From positions 189,638-253,637 of the forward strand of contig CAWGQM010000003.1 in the NCBI GenBank assembly GCA_963824825.1: a stretch of 64,000 bases of DNA. The letters are read 5' to 3'. This DNA is from an uncultured Alphaproteobacteria bacterium (GTDB lineage Bacteria > Pseudomonadota > Alphaproteobacteria > Sphingomonadales > Sphingomonadaceae). Both the position numbers and the translations under genes were made by a program. Positions 41,901 through 50,310 of this stretch are shown here, one piece after another; the first letter of the stretch is position 1, and each line of letters begins with the position of its first letter. The notes under the pieces were generated by a model. The model did no database searches. It had not been told where the DNA came from and saw nothing but the letters and a program-made list of their open reading frames with translations.

Positions 41901-42024
41901 CAACAACCTGTTCGATAAGGACCCGCCGCTTATCGGCTTCAACTCCCAGCAGTCGAACACCTACCCGAGCACCTTCGACGTGATCGGCCGGGACTTCTTC
42001 ATCTCCGCGAACCTTCGCTTCTGA
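38965..42024 (+). CDS. TonB-dependent receptor (about 1020 aa)
   Basis: Signal peptide, IVVTGTRI, NLRGLGTQRNLVLVNGRR, VTGGASAVYGSDA, RAIRAPN, NNLFDKDPP, C-terminal F. Confidence 0.95.
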   Translation: MANRDVVHIRNRIGLLSSVALLAIATPAYAQDDTQDTPSVQAEADTATDAADPAEGESIVVTGTRIARRDLSSTSPVAVVQDEEFTLSGAVNVEQVINTLPQVIPGATSFSNNPGGGVATLNLRGLGTQRNLVLVNGRRYIFFAPTQIVDLNTIPQFLIDSVDVVTGGASAVYGSDALVGVVNFRLRSDLDGIVMGGQYSLTEEGDGRRYNAYVAIGSQFADGRGHVAAYAEYYNRGRIMAADRAFSFFSLGDNAAGDALVPGGSAGVPQGRMVTASTINLAEINLNPCTGDDGACGPGEDDDTTDPGEFDALSVPIGVGTNYPGGGAFFATPGTSRPYGGLPDSYNYAPANYLMVPQERWLLGGYGEYEIAEGINAYAEVTFINNRVENELAATPITQNVDFSLAAIQPLVSAADFTQLQQIAANQQAAIALAAARGNANPFGPFTAGTANFPALAPGNVRLQVNTRTTGISSRNQADDRNAFRVLTGVRGNLTDSLSYDLYYLFARTRNSQIQEGNISRSNFTRLAADGTCNVFGANLLSQDCIDQISILAQNTTISQLQVAQASVSGPLFTFGWANDPVAFAAGVEWRSMGAQFIPDTALASGDVVGFNAGQPTAGSYDAKEAFAEIRIPIIQDGFIHRLELNGAARYSDYSLANVGGVWTYSAGFEFAPIRDIGFRGQYQRAIRAPNVQELFGGAAIGFPAATDPCALPAAAADATIRDLCIATGVPAANVGQAFLQPNPQIQGAFGGNPNLQEEVADTWTAGVVLRPRFIPRLNITVDYYNIEIDNAIFPAGGGVNNILNLCYNVIQDAGSAICGLVARDSQGIISGPPFVVSANNANLAALTTEGIDFQIDYSQPLGFSITGAGESRLSFFFLGTYSWENNFVPLVELPDDVTECAGKFGLNCLDPTPRWKWSSRLTWIDGPVTTSFRWRHIGAVRDDDDATDFVVERLPAYDLFDLAFGFEVNDNLTLNAGVNNLFDKDPPLIGFNSQQSNTYPSTFDVIGRDFFISANLRF

Positions 42025-42105
42025 CCGCATCGGAGGAGGGTCGAGCGTCAAACCTACGAGTCCCCTAGCAAGCGAACTCGCAAGTGCCCGCTCTTCTCCG
42101 AACCC

Positions 42106-42137
42106 TGGGCCGGGATCCACGATCCCGGCCCATTTTT
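42106..42137 (+). terminator. Rho-independent terminator
   Basis: TGGGCCGGGATC-CAC-GATCCCGGCCCA followed by TTTTT. Confidence 0.85.
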
Positions 42138-42228
42138 CCGTGGCCCGCCGCCGCCCCGGCCATTATGAGATCAACAGCCATCCTCACCGGCTTGTCGCTT
42201 CGGTCCACTTGATGGGGGAACTGCCGCG

Positions 42229-42765
42229 TTGCAGACCGGGCTCACCGACAGCGAAGGGACATTCTTGTCGCTGGTGTTGCGATGCCAGCCGATCACGACC
42301 TACGAGGTCGCCAAAATCTACGCCGCATCGCCGGTCAGCAGCTTCAACACGAGCCCGGGCAAGCTCTATCCGCTGGTGAGGCGGCTGCGCGAACGCGGGC
42401 TGATCGCCGCCGAGCCCGCTCCCGACGATGCGCGCGGGACGGAGCGCCTGTCCTGCACGCAATCGGGACGCGCCGAGGTTCGCTCATGGGTGCTGGAGAT
42501 GCGCCCGGCCCATCTCCTGCTCGAGGATCCGCTCAGGACCAAGATCTCCGCGCTGAACCTGCTGTCCGCCGACGAGCGGCTGCGCTGGGCGGCCGCGGCG
42601 CTGGCCGCCCTCGATGCGAAGCTGGATGAGATCGAGGATTATGCCAAGGCGACCGAGACGCCTTATGGCGACCTCGTCCGCCAGAATGCGGTGCTGTCGC
42701 TTTCCGCCAGGATGCAATGGCTGAACGACGTGATCATCGCGCTGGCGCAGGAAAAGCAGCCCTGA
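42229..42765 (+). CDS. PadR family transcriptional regulator
   Basis: PITTYEV, SPGKLYPLVRRLRERGLI, TQSGRAEVRSW. Confidence 0.85.
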   Translation: MQTGLTDSEGTFLSLVLRCQPITTYEVAKIYAASPVSSFNTSPGKLYPLVRRLRERGLIAAEPAPDDARGTERLSCTQSGRAEVRSWVLEMRPAHLLLEDPLRTKISALNLLSADERLRWAAAALAALDAKLDEIEDYAKATETPYGDLVRQNAVLSLSARMQWLNDVIIALAQEKQP

Positions 42766-42891
42766 CCTTATCCGGGCGACGGCCCGGCCGTTGCGCTTGA
42801 TCGAAAATATCCGGGCCTTTGTCGGCCTGCATTTGGCAAAGCCGGCCGGACCGTGCCCGATGGTGCGGACAAACGCGAAACAGGCACGGCG

Positions 42892-43308
42892 ATGACCGCA
42901 ATCGGACTGCCCGGATTGACGAGCGACCGCCTTGGGAAGCCAGCGGGCCCCCTTGCGAAATGGCGGTTCGCGCCGATCTCGTCCGGGCGTCCGCCCCGCG
43001 CCGCGGCGAACGTCGAGGGCGGCAAGGCGGTGGCCGCGATCGACGGCGTGAACGGGCCGCCCGCCATCCCGCGCCACAGCTATTGCGTGATCGTCGACGT
43101 CGAGCGGCCGGGCCGCCGCCCTGCCGAGGGCGCGGCGCCGCCCATCGCCCGATATGAAATCCCCTCGCATCTCTCCCCGGCCGAGTTTGCGGCCGCGCTG
43201 GGGGCAATGCTGGACAGCCTGCGCGACGACCCTCTCGGGCCGTCCGGCGAAACGAGCGCCGGTTCCGCTTCCGGGGAAGGACGCGGCTCCCGCTGCGGCC
43301 TCTGGTGA
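42892..43308 (+). CDS. Hypothetical protein (uncertain)
   Basis: Open frame with a plausible C-terminal part (YCVIVDVE ... IARYEIPSHLSPAEFAAALGAML); no family recognised. Confidence 0.35.
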   Translation: MTAIGLPGLTSDRLGKPAGPLAKWRFAPISSGRPPRAAANVEGGKAVAAIDGVNGPPAIPRHSYCVIVDVERPGRRPAEGAAPPIARYEIPSHLSPAEFAAALGAMLDSLRDDPLGPSGETSAGSASGEGRGSRCGLW

Positions 43309-43330
43309 GCGAAAGGCGCGTTCAGCAAAA

Positions 43331-43407
43331 TGGTCGGGGAGAGAGGATTCGAACCTCCGGCCCCTGCCTCCCGAAGACAGTGCTCTACCAGGCTGAGCTA
43401 CTCCCCG
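43331..43407 (-). tRNA. tRNA-Pro(CGG)
   Basis: Revcomp CGGGGAGTAGCTCAGCCTGGTAGAGCACTGTCTTCGGGAGGCAGGGGCCGGAGGTTCGAATCCTCTCTCCCCGACCA. Confidence 0.97.
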
Positions 43408-43533
43408 ACCGATACGCGCGGCCCAAAGGATCCTATCCCTGGGGCCGGCGGGGCTGGGCGTCTATAGGGAGGGGCTGGACGGAGTTCAAGCGGCGTTCCG
43501 CGAGCGATCGACGCGCCGCCAAGCCGCCCCCGC

Positions 43534-44865
43534 TCAGCAGCGCTGCGAGGCGATGACCGAGCCGTCGGGATTGACCGCATAGGCCGCGCTCTGGTCGATC
43601 GAGGTGATCCGCACGGTTTGCGAGCCGTTGGGCCCCGTCACCGTCAGCTGGTCGCCGTTCAGCTGCCACAGGCCGGTCGATCCGTCGGGCGCGACGACCC
43701 GGCCGTCGGCGGTATATTCGAGGGCAGCGGCGCAATCGCCGGTGTCGGTCCAGCGGCCGACGACGAGGCCGGCGTCGATGCCGGCGGGGCTCGTGCCGGC
43801 GGCCTCGCCCGGCGCGTCGGCGGGTTTGTCGCCCTCGACCATGTTGACGGCGGGATCGGTCGGCGGGACGGGCGGCGGCGGCTGGAGCTGCTGCATCTGC
43901 CACAGGGTGAACAGCACGGCCGCGACGGTCAGCACCAGCACGGTGGCGATGCCGACGATCAGGGCGGTCTTCGAAACGCCGCCGCGCGCCTCGATCTCGG
44001 CTCGGCCGAGCGCCGGATCCGCGGCGAGCGCGACGATCTGGCGACGGTAGAGATAATTGCCGAGGGCTCCGGACACGAATGTGAGAAGGATGGAAGCGAA
44101 GGCGGTGGCCATGCCGAGCGCCGGATCGCTGGCGCCGAACGCGCCGAGCAGCAGGATGGCGAACGCCATCGCCGCCAGCGGCAGCCACATCTTGCGATAG
44201 GCGAACCAGAAGATGTTGGCGAGGCAGGCGGGCCAGTTCCAACTGATCGCATTGCCCTTCGCATCCATGTCCCGCCACCGGCCGAGATAATATTCGGCGT
44301 TGGGGCCGATCGCCGCGCGCAGCCGGTCCTCATCCGGCAGCGGCGGCGCGTCCGGCCGCGGCGCATCGGTCCCGCCGTCCGGCGGCGCCGGCGGCGGGGG
44401 CGGCGGCGGCGGCGAGGGCGGCGCTGGCTCGGGCGCCGGCCGGATCTCGTCGGGCAGGCCGCTCAGCGCCCGCAATTCGCGCCCGAGGCGGTCCATGTTG
44501 GCCGCGTCATGCTCTCCGAAGGCGTCGGTCCAGTGGCGGATCTTGAGGAAGAAGGCGAGGCCCGCGGCCGGCTTGATGTCGCTCCTGCGGACCGGGAAGA
44601 TCGGCTTGTTGTTGCTGAACGCCATCTCCGTCTCGGCGCGGACATAAGGCGATTTGTTGGCCGTGTCGGTGACCAGGACGACGAAGGCGAGGCACCCCTC
44701 GATCGCGCTTTGCAGCTGCTCCGAATAGTCCATCCCGGGCCTGACGTCGCGCGGCGCGATCCAGGCCCTGATGCCTCGCGCCTCGAGGAAGGCCGAAATC
44801 TCCTCGGCCTCGGCGCGATTCTCCGATCCGTGGCTGATGAAGACGTGACCGGCGGTGGAAGTCAT
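43534..44865 (-). CDS. TIR domain + Pro-rich linker + DUF2628-like membrane domain + C-terminal beta domain
   Basis: VFISHG, WIAPRDVRPG, SPYVRAETEMA; DUF2628-like SWNWPA ... FWFAYRKMW ... GNYLY; further TM helix; LVVGRW ... YTADG ... GLWQLNGD. Confidence 0.85.
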   Translation of the reverse strand: MTSTAGHVFISHGSENRAEAEEISAFLEARGIRAWIAPRDVRPGMDYSEQLQSAIEGCLAFVVLVTDTANKSPYVRAETEMAFSNNKPIFPVRRSDIKPAAGLAFFLKIRHWTDAFGEHDAANMDRLGRELRALSGLPDEIRPAPEPAPPSPPPPPPPPAPPDGGTDAPRPDAPPLPDEDRLRAAIGPNAEYYLGRWRDMDAKGNAISWNWPACLANIFWFAYRKMWLPLAAMAFAILLLGAFGASDPALGMATAFASILLTFVSGALGNYLYRRQIVALAADPALGRAEIEARGGVSKTALIVGIATVLVLTVAAVLFTLWQMQQLQPPPPVPPTDPAVNMVEGDKPADAPGEAAGTSPAGIDAGLVVGRWTDTGDCAAALEYTADGRVVAPDGSTGLWQLNGDQLTVTGPNGSQTVRITSIDQSAAYAVNPDGSVIASQRC

Positions 44866-44941
44866 CGACAAGGCCCCTTCGTGCGCCGGCGAACGCTATC
44901 CGTAACGATCGGCCTTTGGCAAGGCGCAGCGCGGCCCCGCC

Positions 44942-46243
44942 TCAGCGCCCCCGTGCGCCGAGCATGTCGGCGATCGCGGTGAACTTCTCCCGCGGGCTTC
45001 CCTCACGCGCCCGCGCATTCTCCGCCGCCTCGATCCGCTGCCAGTCGCGGAAGGTGACGATGTCGACGCCGCGGCTTTCGAGCAGGCGGTCGAGGCCGGG
45101 CCGGCCCTCCCTGCGCCCGCTTGCTTTGGCGAGATCGGCGGCGATCTTCTCCGCCACGTCATAGCCGTCGGGGCGGTTGGTGCCGATCGTCCCGGTCGGG
45201 CCGCGGCGCGCCCAGCCGACGCAATAGAGGCCGCCGCCGATCACCCCGTCGGCATTGGCGAAGCGGCCGCGATCCTCCTCATAGGCGACGCCCTCGATCG
45301 GCGGCGTCTTGTAGCCGATGCAGCTGACGACGAGGCCGCAGGGGATCGCATAGGTCTCGCCGGTGCCGACCGCGCGCGCTTTGTCGTCGAGCCGGGTCCG
45401 CTCGACGATCACCCGCTCGACCCGGCCCTCGCCTTCGATCGCGATCGGCTGGGCGAAGAAGTCGAAATGGACGGTCTTGGCCTTGTCGGCGACGAGGTTC
45501 TGGAACTCGCGCAGGTGAGTGACCGATTTCCGGACGCCGGGCTCGAGCAGGGCGTCGTCAAGCGCGGGCGGGAAATCGGCCGGATCGACCTGCGGCGCCG
45601 CTCCTTCCAGATGGCCGAGCTCGCCCAGCTCCTTGGGCGTCATCGCGATCTGGTGCGGCCCGCGGCGGCCGAGCACGTGAATGTCGCGGATACCCGCATT
45701 GCCCAGCGCTTCGAAGGCATGGGCGACGATGTCCGAGCCGACGAATTCGGCCGGCGTCTTGGCGAGGATTCGGGCGACGTCCAATGCGACATTGCCGTTG
45801 CCGATCACCACCGCGCCGTCGCCGCCGACCGGCGGATCGAGCTCGGCGAATTCGGGATGGCCGTTATACCAGCCGACGAAGGCGGCCGAGCCGACCACGC
45901 CGGGCAGGTCGCCGCCGGGAATGTCGAGCGGGCGGTCGTTGGGGGCGCCGGTGGCGAGGATCACCGCGTCGTAGAGCGCGGTCAGCTCCGGGATCGATAC
46001 GTCGCGGCCGACCAGCACGTTGCCGACGAAGCGGACATTGTCGGACAGCGCAACCTTCTCGTAGCGGCGCGACACCGCCTTGATCGATTGATGGTCGGGC
46101 GCCACCCCGAACCGGATCAGGCCGTAAGGCACCGGCATTCGGTCGATCATGTCGACCCTGACCTCGTCGCCATAGTGCTTCTGGAGCGCCTCGGCACTGT
46201 AATAGCCGGCGGGTCCCGACCCGATCACCGCAATATGCCGCAT
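44942..46243 (-). CDS. Ferredoxin/adrenodoxin-NADP+ reductase-like FAD oxidoreductase (FprA-like)
   Basis: IAVIGSGPAGYY, PYGLIRFGVAPDH, FVGWYNGHP, GNGNVALDVARIL, GWARRGPTGTIGTN. Confidence 0.92.
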   Translation of the reverse strand: MRHIAVIGSGPAGYYSAEALQKHYGDEVRVDMIDRMPVPYGLIRFGVAPDHQSIKAVSRRYEKVALSDNVRFVGNVLVGRDVSIPELTALYDAVILATGAPNDRPLDIPGGDLPGVVGSAAFVGWYNGHPEFAELDPPVGGDGAVVIGNGNVALDVARILAKTPAEFVGSDIVAHAFEALGNAGIRDIHVLGRRGPHQIAMTPKELGELGHLEGAAPQVDPADFPPALDDALLEPGVRKSVTHLREFQNLVADKAKTVHFDFFAQPIAIEGEGRVERVIVERTRLDDKARAVGTGETYAIPCGLVVSCIGYKTPPIEGVAYEEDRGRFANADGVIGGGLYCVGWARRGPTGTIGTNRPDGYDVAEKIAADLAKASGRREGRPGLDRLLESRGVDIVTFRDWQRIEAAENARAREGSPREKFTAIADMLGARGR

Positions 46244-46276
46244 CCCGCCTCCACGCCCGTCGTCGGCCGCGATGCT

Positions 46277-46543
46277 AGGGCCTGGACCCATAGCCGGCAA
46301 TGGTCGCGATTGCCCTCAGGAGGCTGCTGGCAAGGAGCGCGGCGCAGGCGCGTAGCGGGGCTACGCGCAAGCAAGCGACGCAGCCAGCAGCCTCCTGAGG
46401 GCAACCCCTTCGGGGCGGGCGGCTTTTGGCGCAGGGCGGCGTCGCTCGTCGGTCACGATGCACCACATCGCGCCCTCCTCGCTCCTATCCCTGCGCCAAA
46501 ATCCGCTCCGTCACGACCGTTGCCGGCTATGGGCCCAGGCCCT
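46277..46543. mobile_element. MITE-like non-coding element (267 bp)
   Basis: 33-bp terminal IRs AGGGCCTGGACCCATAGCCGGCAATGGTCGCGA, 30/33 identical; long internal hairpins such as TTGCCCTCAGGAGGCTGCTGGC / GCCAGCAGCCTCCTGAGGGCAA. Confidence 0.85.
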
Positions 46544-46582
46544 GGCGGCCGCGGGTGGGAAGGCAAGGCGGCCGGGGCGACG

Positions 46583-46906
46583 CTAGCCGCGCTTCGTCCT
46601 GTCTTCGAGCAGGCCCGGCCCGCTGCGCCGCAGCCCGGCCTCGATCGCCTTGCCGAAGAAAGCGAGCGCCGGCGGCAGCAGCACGGTCACCCGCACCAGG
46701 CTCTCCTCGACGTCGATCGCGGCCGCGACCTGCTGTCCGAGCAGGCCGACGTCGAGGCTCAGCCGGTCGCCGGCCCAGCCCGAGGTGACGTTCGCGCCGG
46801 CCGGCAAGTGGCCGGTCAGGCTGCCGACATTGCCGGCGATGCGCCTTCTGGCCTCCTCGGCGCCGAGGCGATGGGGGAGGTCGACGCTAATAGGTGTGTT
46901 GCTCAT
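46583..46906 (-). CDS. Polyhydroxyalkanoic acid system family protein
   Basis: ISVDLPHRLGAEEARRRI, WAGDRL, VRVTVLLP. Confidence 0.8.
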   Translation of the reverse strand: MSNTPISVDLPHRLGAEEARRRIAGNVGSLTGHLPAGANVTSGWAGDRLSLDVGLLGQQVAAAIDVEESLVRVTVLLPPALAFFGKAIEAGLRRSGPGLLEDRTKRG

Positions 46907-46963
46907 GCACTACAGATAAAGCAAGATCGCGTCGCTTCCTAGCCCCGACGGGCGCTGCCGGGC

Positions 46964-47644
46964 TCAGGCCTCGTACTTGTTGCAGGTCCGCCTCTGCCCG
47001 GCGCTGAGGTTGCCGGCATTGTGGAGAACCTGATCGGTGCGCTGGCGTACGTTGAACGCGCTTTCGTAGCGGATGATGCGCTCGCCGAAGATCGATTCGG
47101 AGACCAGGGGCTGATAGTCATATTCGACCTCGACCACCATCACGGCGGTCCCGCTCAGCGCCGAAATCTGATTGCCGGCGGGGCCGACCGCCTGCAGCGA
47201 ATTGTTGTTCTGGCCGGTCCCCTCCGGGCCGTAGCGCGAGGAGACGACGCGGCGGCCGTCGCAGCGCTGCCAGCGGATCCACTGGCCGTTGCTGGTGCCG
47301 CCGGCCCCGGCCGTGTTGGGCTCGACGCTCGACAGGATGATTCGGCCGTTCTCCCGGAACTGGATATTGTCGCCCGACATCTTGGCGCCGGTGATCAGCT
47401 CGATCACATTGGCTTCGTCGATGGCGTCGCGGACTCGGGCGGCGTTGTCGGCGGTCAGCATCGCGATGTTGCTGACGCGCAGGTGGGCCATCGCCAGATT
47501 GGCGGTCTCGAGCCCGCACAGGCCGAGCGTCGACAGCACCGGCAGCGAAATGGCGAACTCGACGAACGCCATGCCGTTGTTGCAGGAGCGCAGCCGTCTC
47601 GCGAAGCCGATCGCGCGCCGCACGAAGCTGTTGGGGGCGGTCAT
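46964..47644 (-). CDS. TadE/TadF-like minor pilin
   Basis: Prepilin motif NNGMAFVEFAISLP; VEVEYDYQPL. Confidence 0.88.
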   Translation of the reverse strand: MTAPNSFVRRAIGFARRLRSCNNGMAFVEFAISLPVLSTLGLCGLETANLAMAHLRVSNIAMLTADNAARVRDAIDEANVIELITGAKMSGDNIQFRENGRIILSSVEPNTAGAGGTSNGQWIRWQRCDGRRVVSSRYGPEGTGQNNNSLQAVGPAGNQISALSGTAVMVVEVEYDYQPLVSESIFGERIIRYESAFNVRQRTDQVLHNAGNLSAGQRRTCNKYEA

Positions 47645-48231
47645 GAGCATCTCACCGTCACTCCCGTGTTTCGGCCGGCGAAGGGCTGGTTGCGAAGCAC
47701 CGTGTTCTGGACGATCTCGATGTCGTCGCTCCAGCCCAGGAAGCTGCCGATCGGCACGATCCGCGGATAGGTCATGGTCACCTCGAAATGGACGACGTCC
47801 TCGGCGCCGCCGAGGCCGCCCTTGCCGCGATCGAGGTCGTAGGTGCTGTTGTTGTTGGCGTCCGCGTAGCAATCGCCGACATTATAGCTGCCCATCGGCG
47901 CCGTATCCTGGGTGATCGCTTCGGGCACGTTGACGTTGTTGAAATCCGAATAGCTTCGGGTCTCGGTCTCGATCTCGGCCTCGTGCGAGAATTCGCGCAG
48001 CCTGTTCTGGACATGCGTCTCGATCTGCGCGGTCGTGACGCCGCCGACAGTCGCCATGCGCGCCGCCTCGTGCAGCGCGCCCTGGACGATCGAGGTGACG
48101 TAGCTGCGATAACCGAGGTCGATCACCCCGAGCATCAGCACGCACATCACCGGCAGGATCATCGCGAACTCGACGATGGTCGCGCCGCTCTGGTCCCGGC
48201 CGAGGCCGCGCAAGGGATGGGCGCGCCTCAC
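47641..48231 (-). CDS. TadE-like minor pilin
   Basis: DQSGATIVEFAMILP, EAARMA, TVLRNQPF. Confidence 0.88.
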   Translation of the reverse strand: MRRAHPLRGLGRDQSGATIVEFAMILPVMCVLMLGVIDLGYRSYVTSIVQGALHEAARMATVGGVTTAQIETHVQNRLREFSHEAEIETETRSYSDFNNVNVPEAITQDTAPMGSYNVGDCYADANNNSTYDLDRGKGGLGGAEDVVHFEVTMTYPRIVPIGSFLGWSDDIEIVQNTVLRNQPFAGRNTGVTVRCS

Positions 48232-50186
48232 TGGGTCAGCCTCAGCGCGCCGATATTGCTGCCGATCTGGCGGAAGCGGGCGATCAGCTGGTCGCGGTTG
48301 CCGACCGTCGACGCCTGGTTGGCGTTGGTCGCGCATTCGACCATCTCGGAGCTGAGCGCCGTGCCGAAGGCGATCACCCAGATCGAGACGTTCATGCCCC
48401 GGGCCGCGTTGCAAACCATCTTGAAGCGCTGCATGTGGCGGCCGTTGAGCTCGCTCTCGGACGGATTGGACATGCCGCTGATGCGCTGGTCGTAGCGCTC
48501 GACGCCGTACAGCGTATAGATGCTGCGGTCGGTGTCCATCTGGCCGTCGCTCATGAAGATGATGTGGCGCGCGACTGGCATCGAGTTGAAATTGTCGGGG
48601 CTGTCGGCGAAGATTCCGCCGTTGGAGATCATCCGCGCGCCCCAGATCATCCCGGTGTCGTGATAGGTGCTGCCCGTCGGCTGCAGCGCGTTCACGTAGC
48701 CCAGCATGTCGCCGCGCGCCCACGCCTGCAAGCGCCGCGCTGGCGCCGGGCAAGCCGCGCTGCCGATCGGCGTGTTCGAGCCGGGAGCGTAGTAGATCGC
48801 CGGGATCATCGGTTTCCAGCGCAGGTCGTCATTATCATCGTCCGCTGTGGGAACCGCGTTGATGTTGAGGTCCCACGCCTCCTCGGGCATGTTGTAGCCC
48901 GAGGTGGAGGTGATGGTGTCCGTCGTCTCGCGCTCCTCGATGCAGCCGTTCCAGGTGAGCGAGGTCGTGGCCACGCCGGTGGCGACGGACGGGAGGTGGA
49001 AGGCGTCGTACGATGCTGAGGTCTCCACCCGGCCGGCCCGGTCGGTCGACATGGTGATGGAATTGCCCATCTTGAACTGGCTGACGTCGACGGGCTCCTC
49101 ATCCTGCCAGGTGTAGCCGCTCGAGCGGTAATAATAATCGGCGGTGAAGCTCGTGTTCCGCTGGACATAACGGCGCCGGCACGACATCCGATTATCGTTC
49201 CTGCCGGTGCTGCGATCGGGGGCGCCTGCCCAGCCCCAGTCGACGCCCGTCGATTCGTTGTTCGAGAACGAGCGGGTCCAGGTGTCCGCCGGCGCCGGGC
49301 CGCCGCCCGCGGTCGCGCTTGGCGAGAAACCCGAGAAGCTCACGTTGCGCCCGTATCTGTCGCAATTCGCCTGGGTGATCGAGCTCGGATAGACCTGCTC
49401 GACCGGCGGCTGGGGCGGTTGGACGGTCGGAATATAGTCGACCTCGAGATCGTCATAGTTCGCCACTCGCGTACGAATGTAGGCGGTATTGGAGATGAAA
49501 TCGGGGTTCTGGTCGCGGAGCAGCTGGCCGACATTGACCGTGCTCGAATAGGGGACGATGCCGTAGCGGAGCCGGAGGCCGTTCGCCTCGAGCTGGGTCT
49601 GAATCGGCCGCAGCTCGTCGTAGAGCGCCATGACGGCGTCGCGCAGCGCGACGATCTTCTGGGTGCCGCCGACATTCTCCGCCATCGACCCCGTCACGTC
49701 GAGCACCAGCATCACGTCGGTGTTCACGAAGTTGAGCGCGGCGTCGCAGGTGACGTTGAGCGGCAGCAACTCGAAGCCGAAGATGTGCATGATCGAAGTC
49801 GGGATAGTGGTCGAGGCGGTGACGCGCACCGTGCCCGCTTCGGGCCGGGTGATGACCGGCGTGAACGGGGCGGTGTCGTAGAGGCGCTGGCGGAAGTTGA
49901 AGTTGAAGAAGCGGGTCGCCTCGTTGCGAACCTCGGTGGTCAGCGTGTCGTTGTTCATGATCCGCCGGCCGGCGAGCGCGGCGGCGTCGCAGGCGCTCTG
50001 CAGGCGGGTCTTGGCCATGTAGGCGCGGCTCATGTCGACGCCCGAGCCGATCATCGCGGCGAGCGGCACCAAAGCGGCGCCGACGATGGCGAGCGCGTTG
50101 CCCCGCCTGTCGCGGGCGAGCCGGGTCAGGAATCCCTTGCCGCGAGTCGGAATCGCGGTCTTTCCCGTGCCGTTCTCTTCCTGCAT
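48228..50186 (-). CDS. TadG-like pilus protein with VWA domain
   Basis: RDRRGNALAI, RLQSACDAAALAG, MIDAS LVLDVTGSM, IIFMSDG, FRQIGSNIGALRLTQ. Confidence 0.9.
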   Translation of the reverse strand: MQEENGTGKTAIPTRGKGFLTRLARDRRGNALAIVGAALVPLAAMIGSGVDMSRAYMAKTRLQSACDAAALAGRRIMNNDTLTTEVRNEATRFFNFNFRQRLYDTAPFTPVITRPEAGTVRVTASTTIPTSIMHIFGFELLPLNVTCDAALNFVNTDVMLVLDVTGSMAENVGGTQKIVALRDAVMALYDELRPIQTQLEANGLRLRYGIVPYSSTVNVGQLLRDQNPDFISNTAYIRTRVANYDDLEVDYIPTVQPPQPPVEQVYPSSITQANCDRYGRNVSFSGFSPSATAGGGPAPADTWTRSFSNNESTGVDWGWAGAPDRSTGRNDNRMSCRRRYVQRNTSFTADYYYRSSGYTWQDEEPVDVSQFKMGNSITMSTDRAGRVETSASYDAFHLPSVATGVATTSLTWNGCIEERETTDTITSTSGYNMPEEAWDLNINAVPTADDDNDDLRWKPMIPAIYYAPGSNTPIGSAACPAPARRLQAWARGDMLGYVNALQPTGSTYHDTGMIWGARMISNGGIFADSPDNFNSMPVARHIIFMSDGQMDTDRSIYTLYGVERYDQRISGMSNPSESELNGRHMQRFKMVCNAARGMNVSIWVIAFGTALSSEMVECATNANQASTVGNRDQLIARFRQIGSNIGALRLTQ

Positions 50187-50310
50187 CTGGTCCTCCAAAG
50201 GCCTTTTCGGCTCTTTCAGGGACCGGCTTTTGCCCGATTAAAGCTAATCTTCACTCAAACGAGGTGGTTACCGATCCCTTAGCCATGAATGGCCGGCAGG
50301 GAGGCGCATT

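Noticed and set aside
4800-42120. Long antisense or alternate-frame ORFs such as 4800-6632, 22157-23977, 29548-30762 and 38824-42120
   Set aside because: Shadows of real genes in GC-rich DNA; no recognisable motifs and Arg/Ala/Gly-biased composition
12219-43407. Genomic island integrated at tRNA-Thr or tRNA-Pro
   Set aside because: No integrase beside either tRNA and no duplicated tRNA 3' end seen in the window
46964-50186. tad minor pilin trio apart from a main cpa locus as a novel system
   Set aside because: Ordinary TadG-TadE-TadE architecture; the assembly genes can lie elsewhere in the genome
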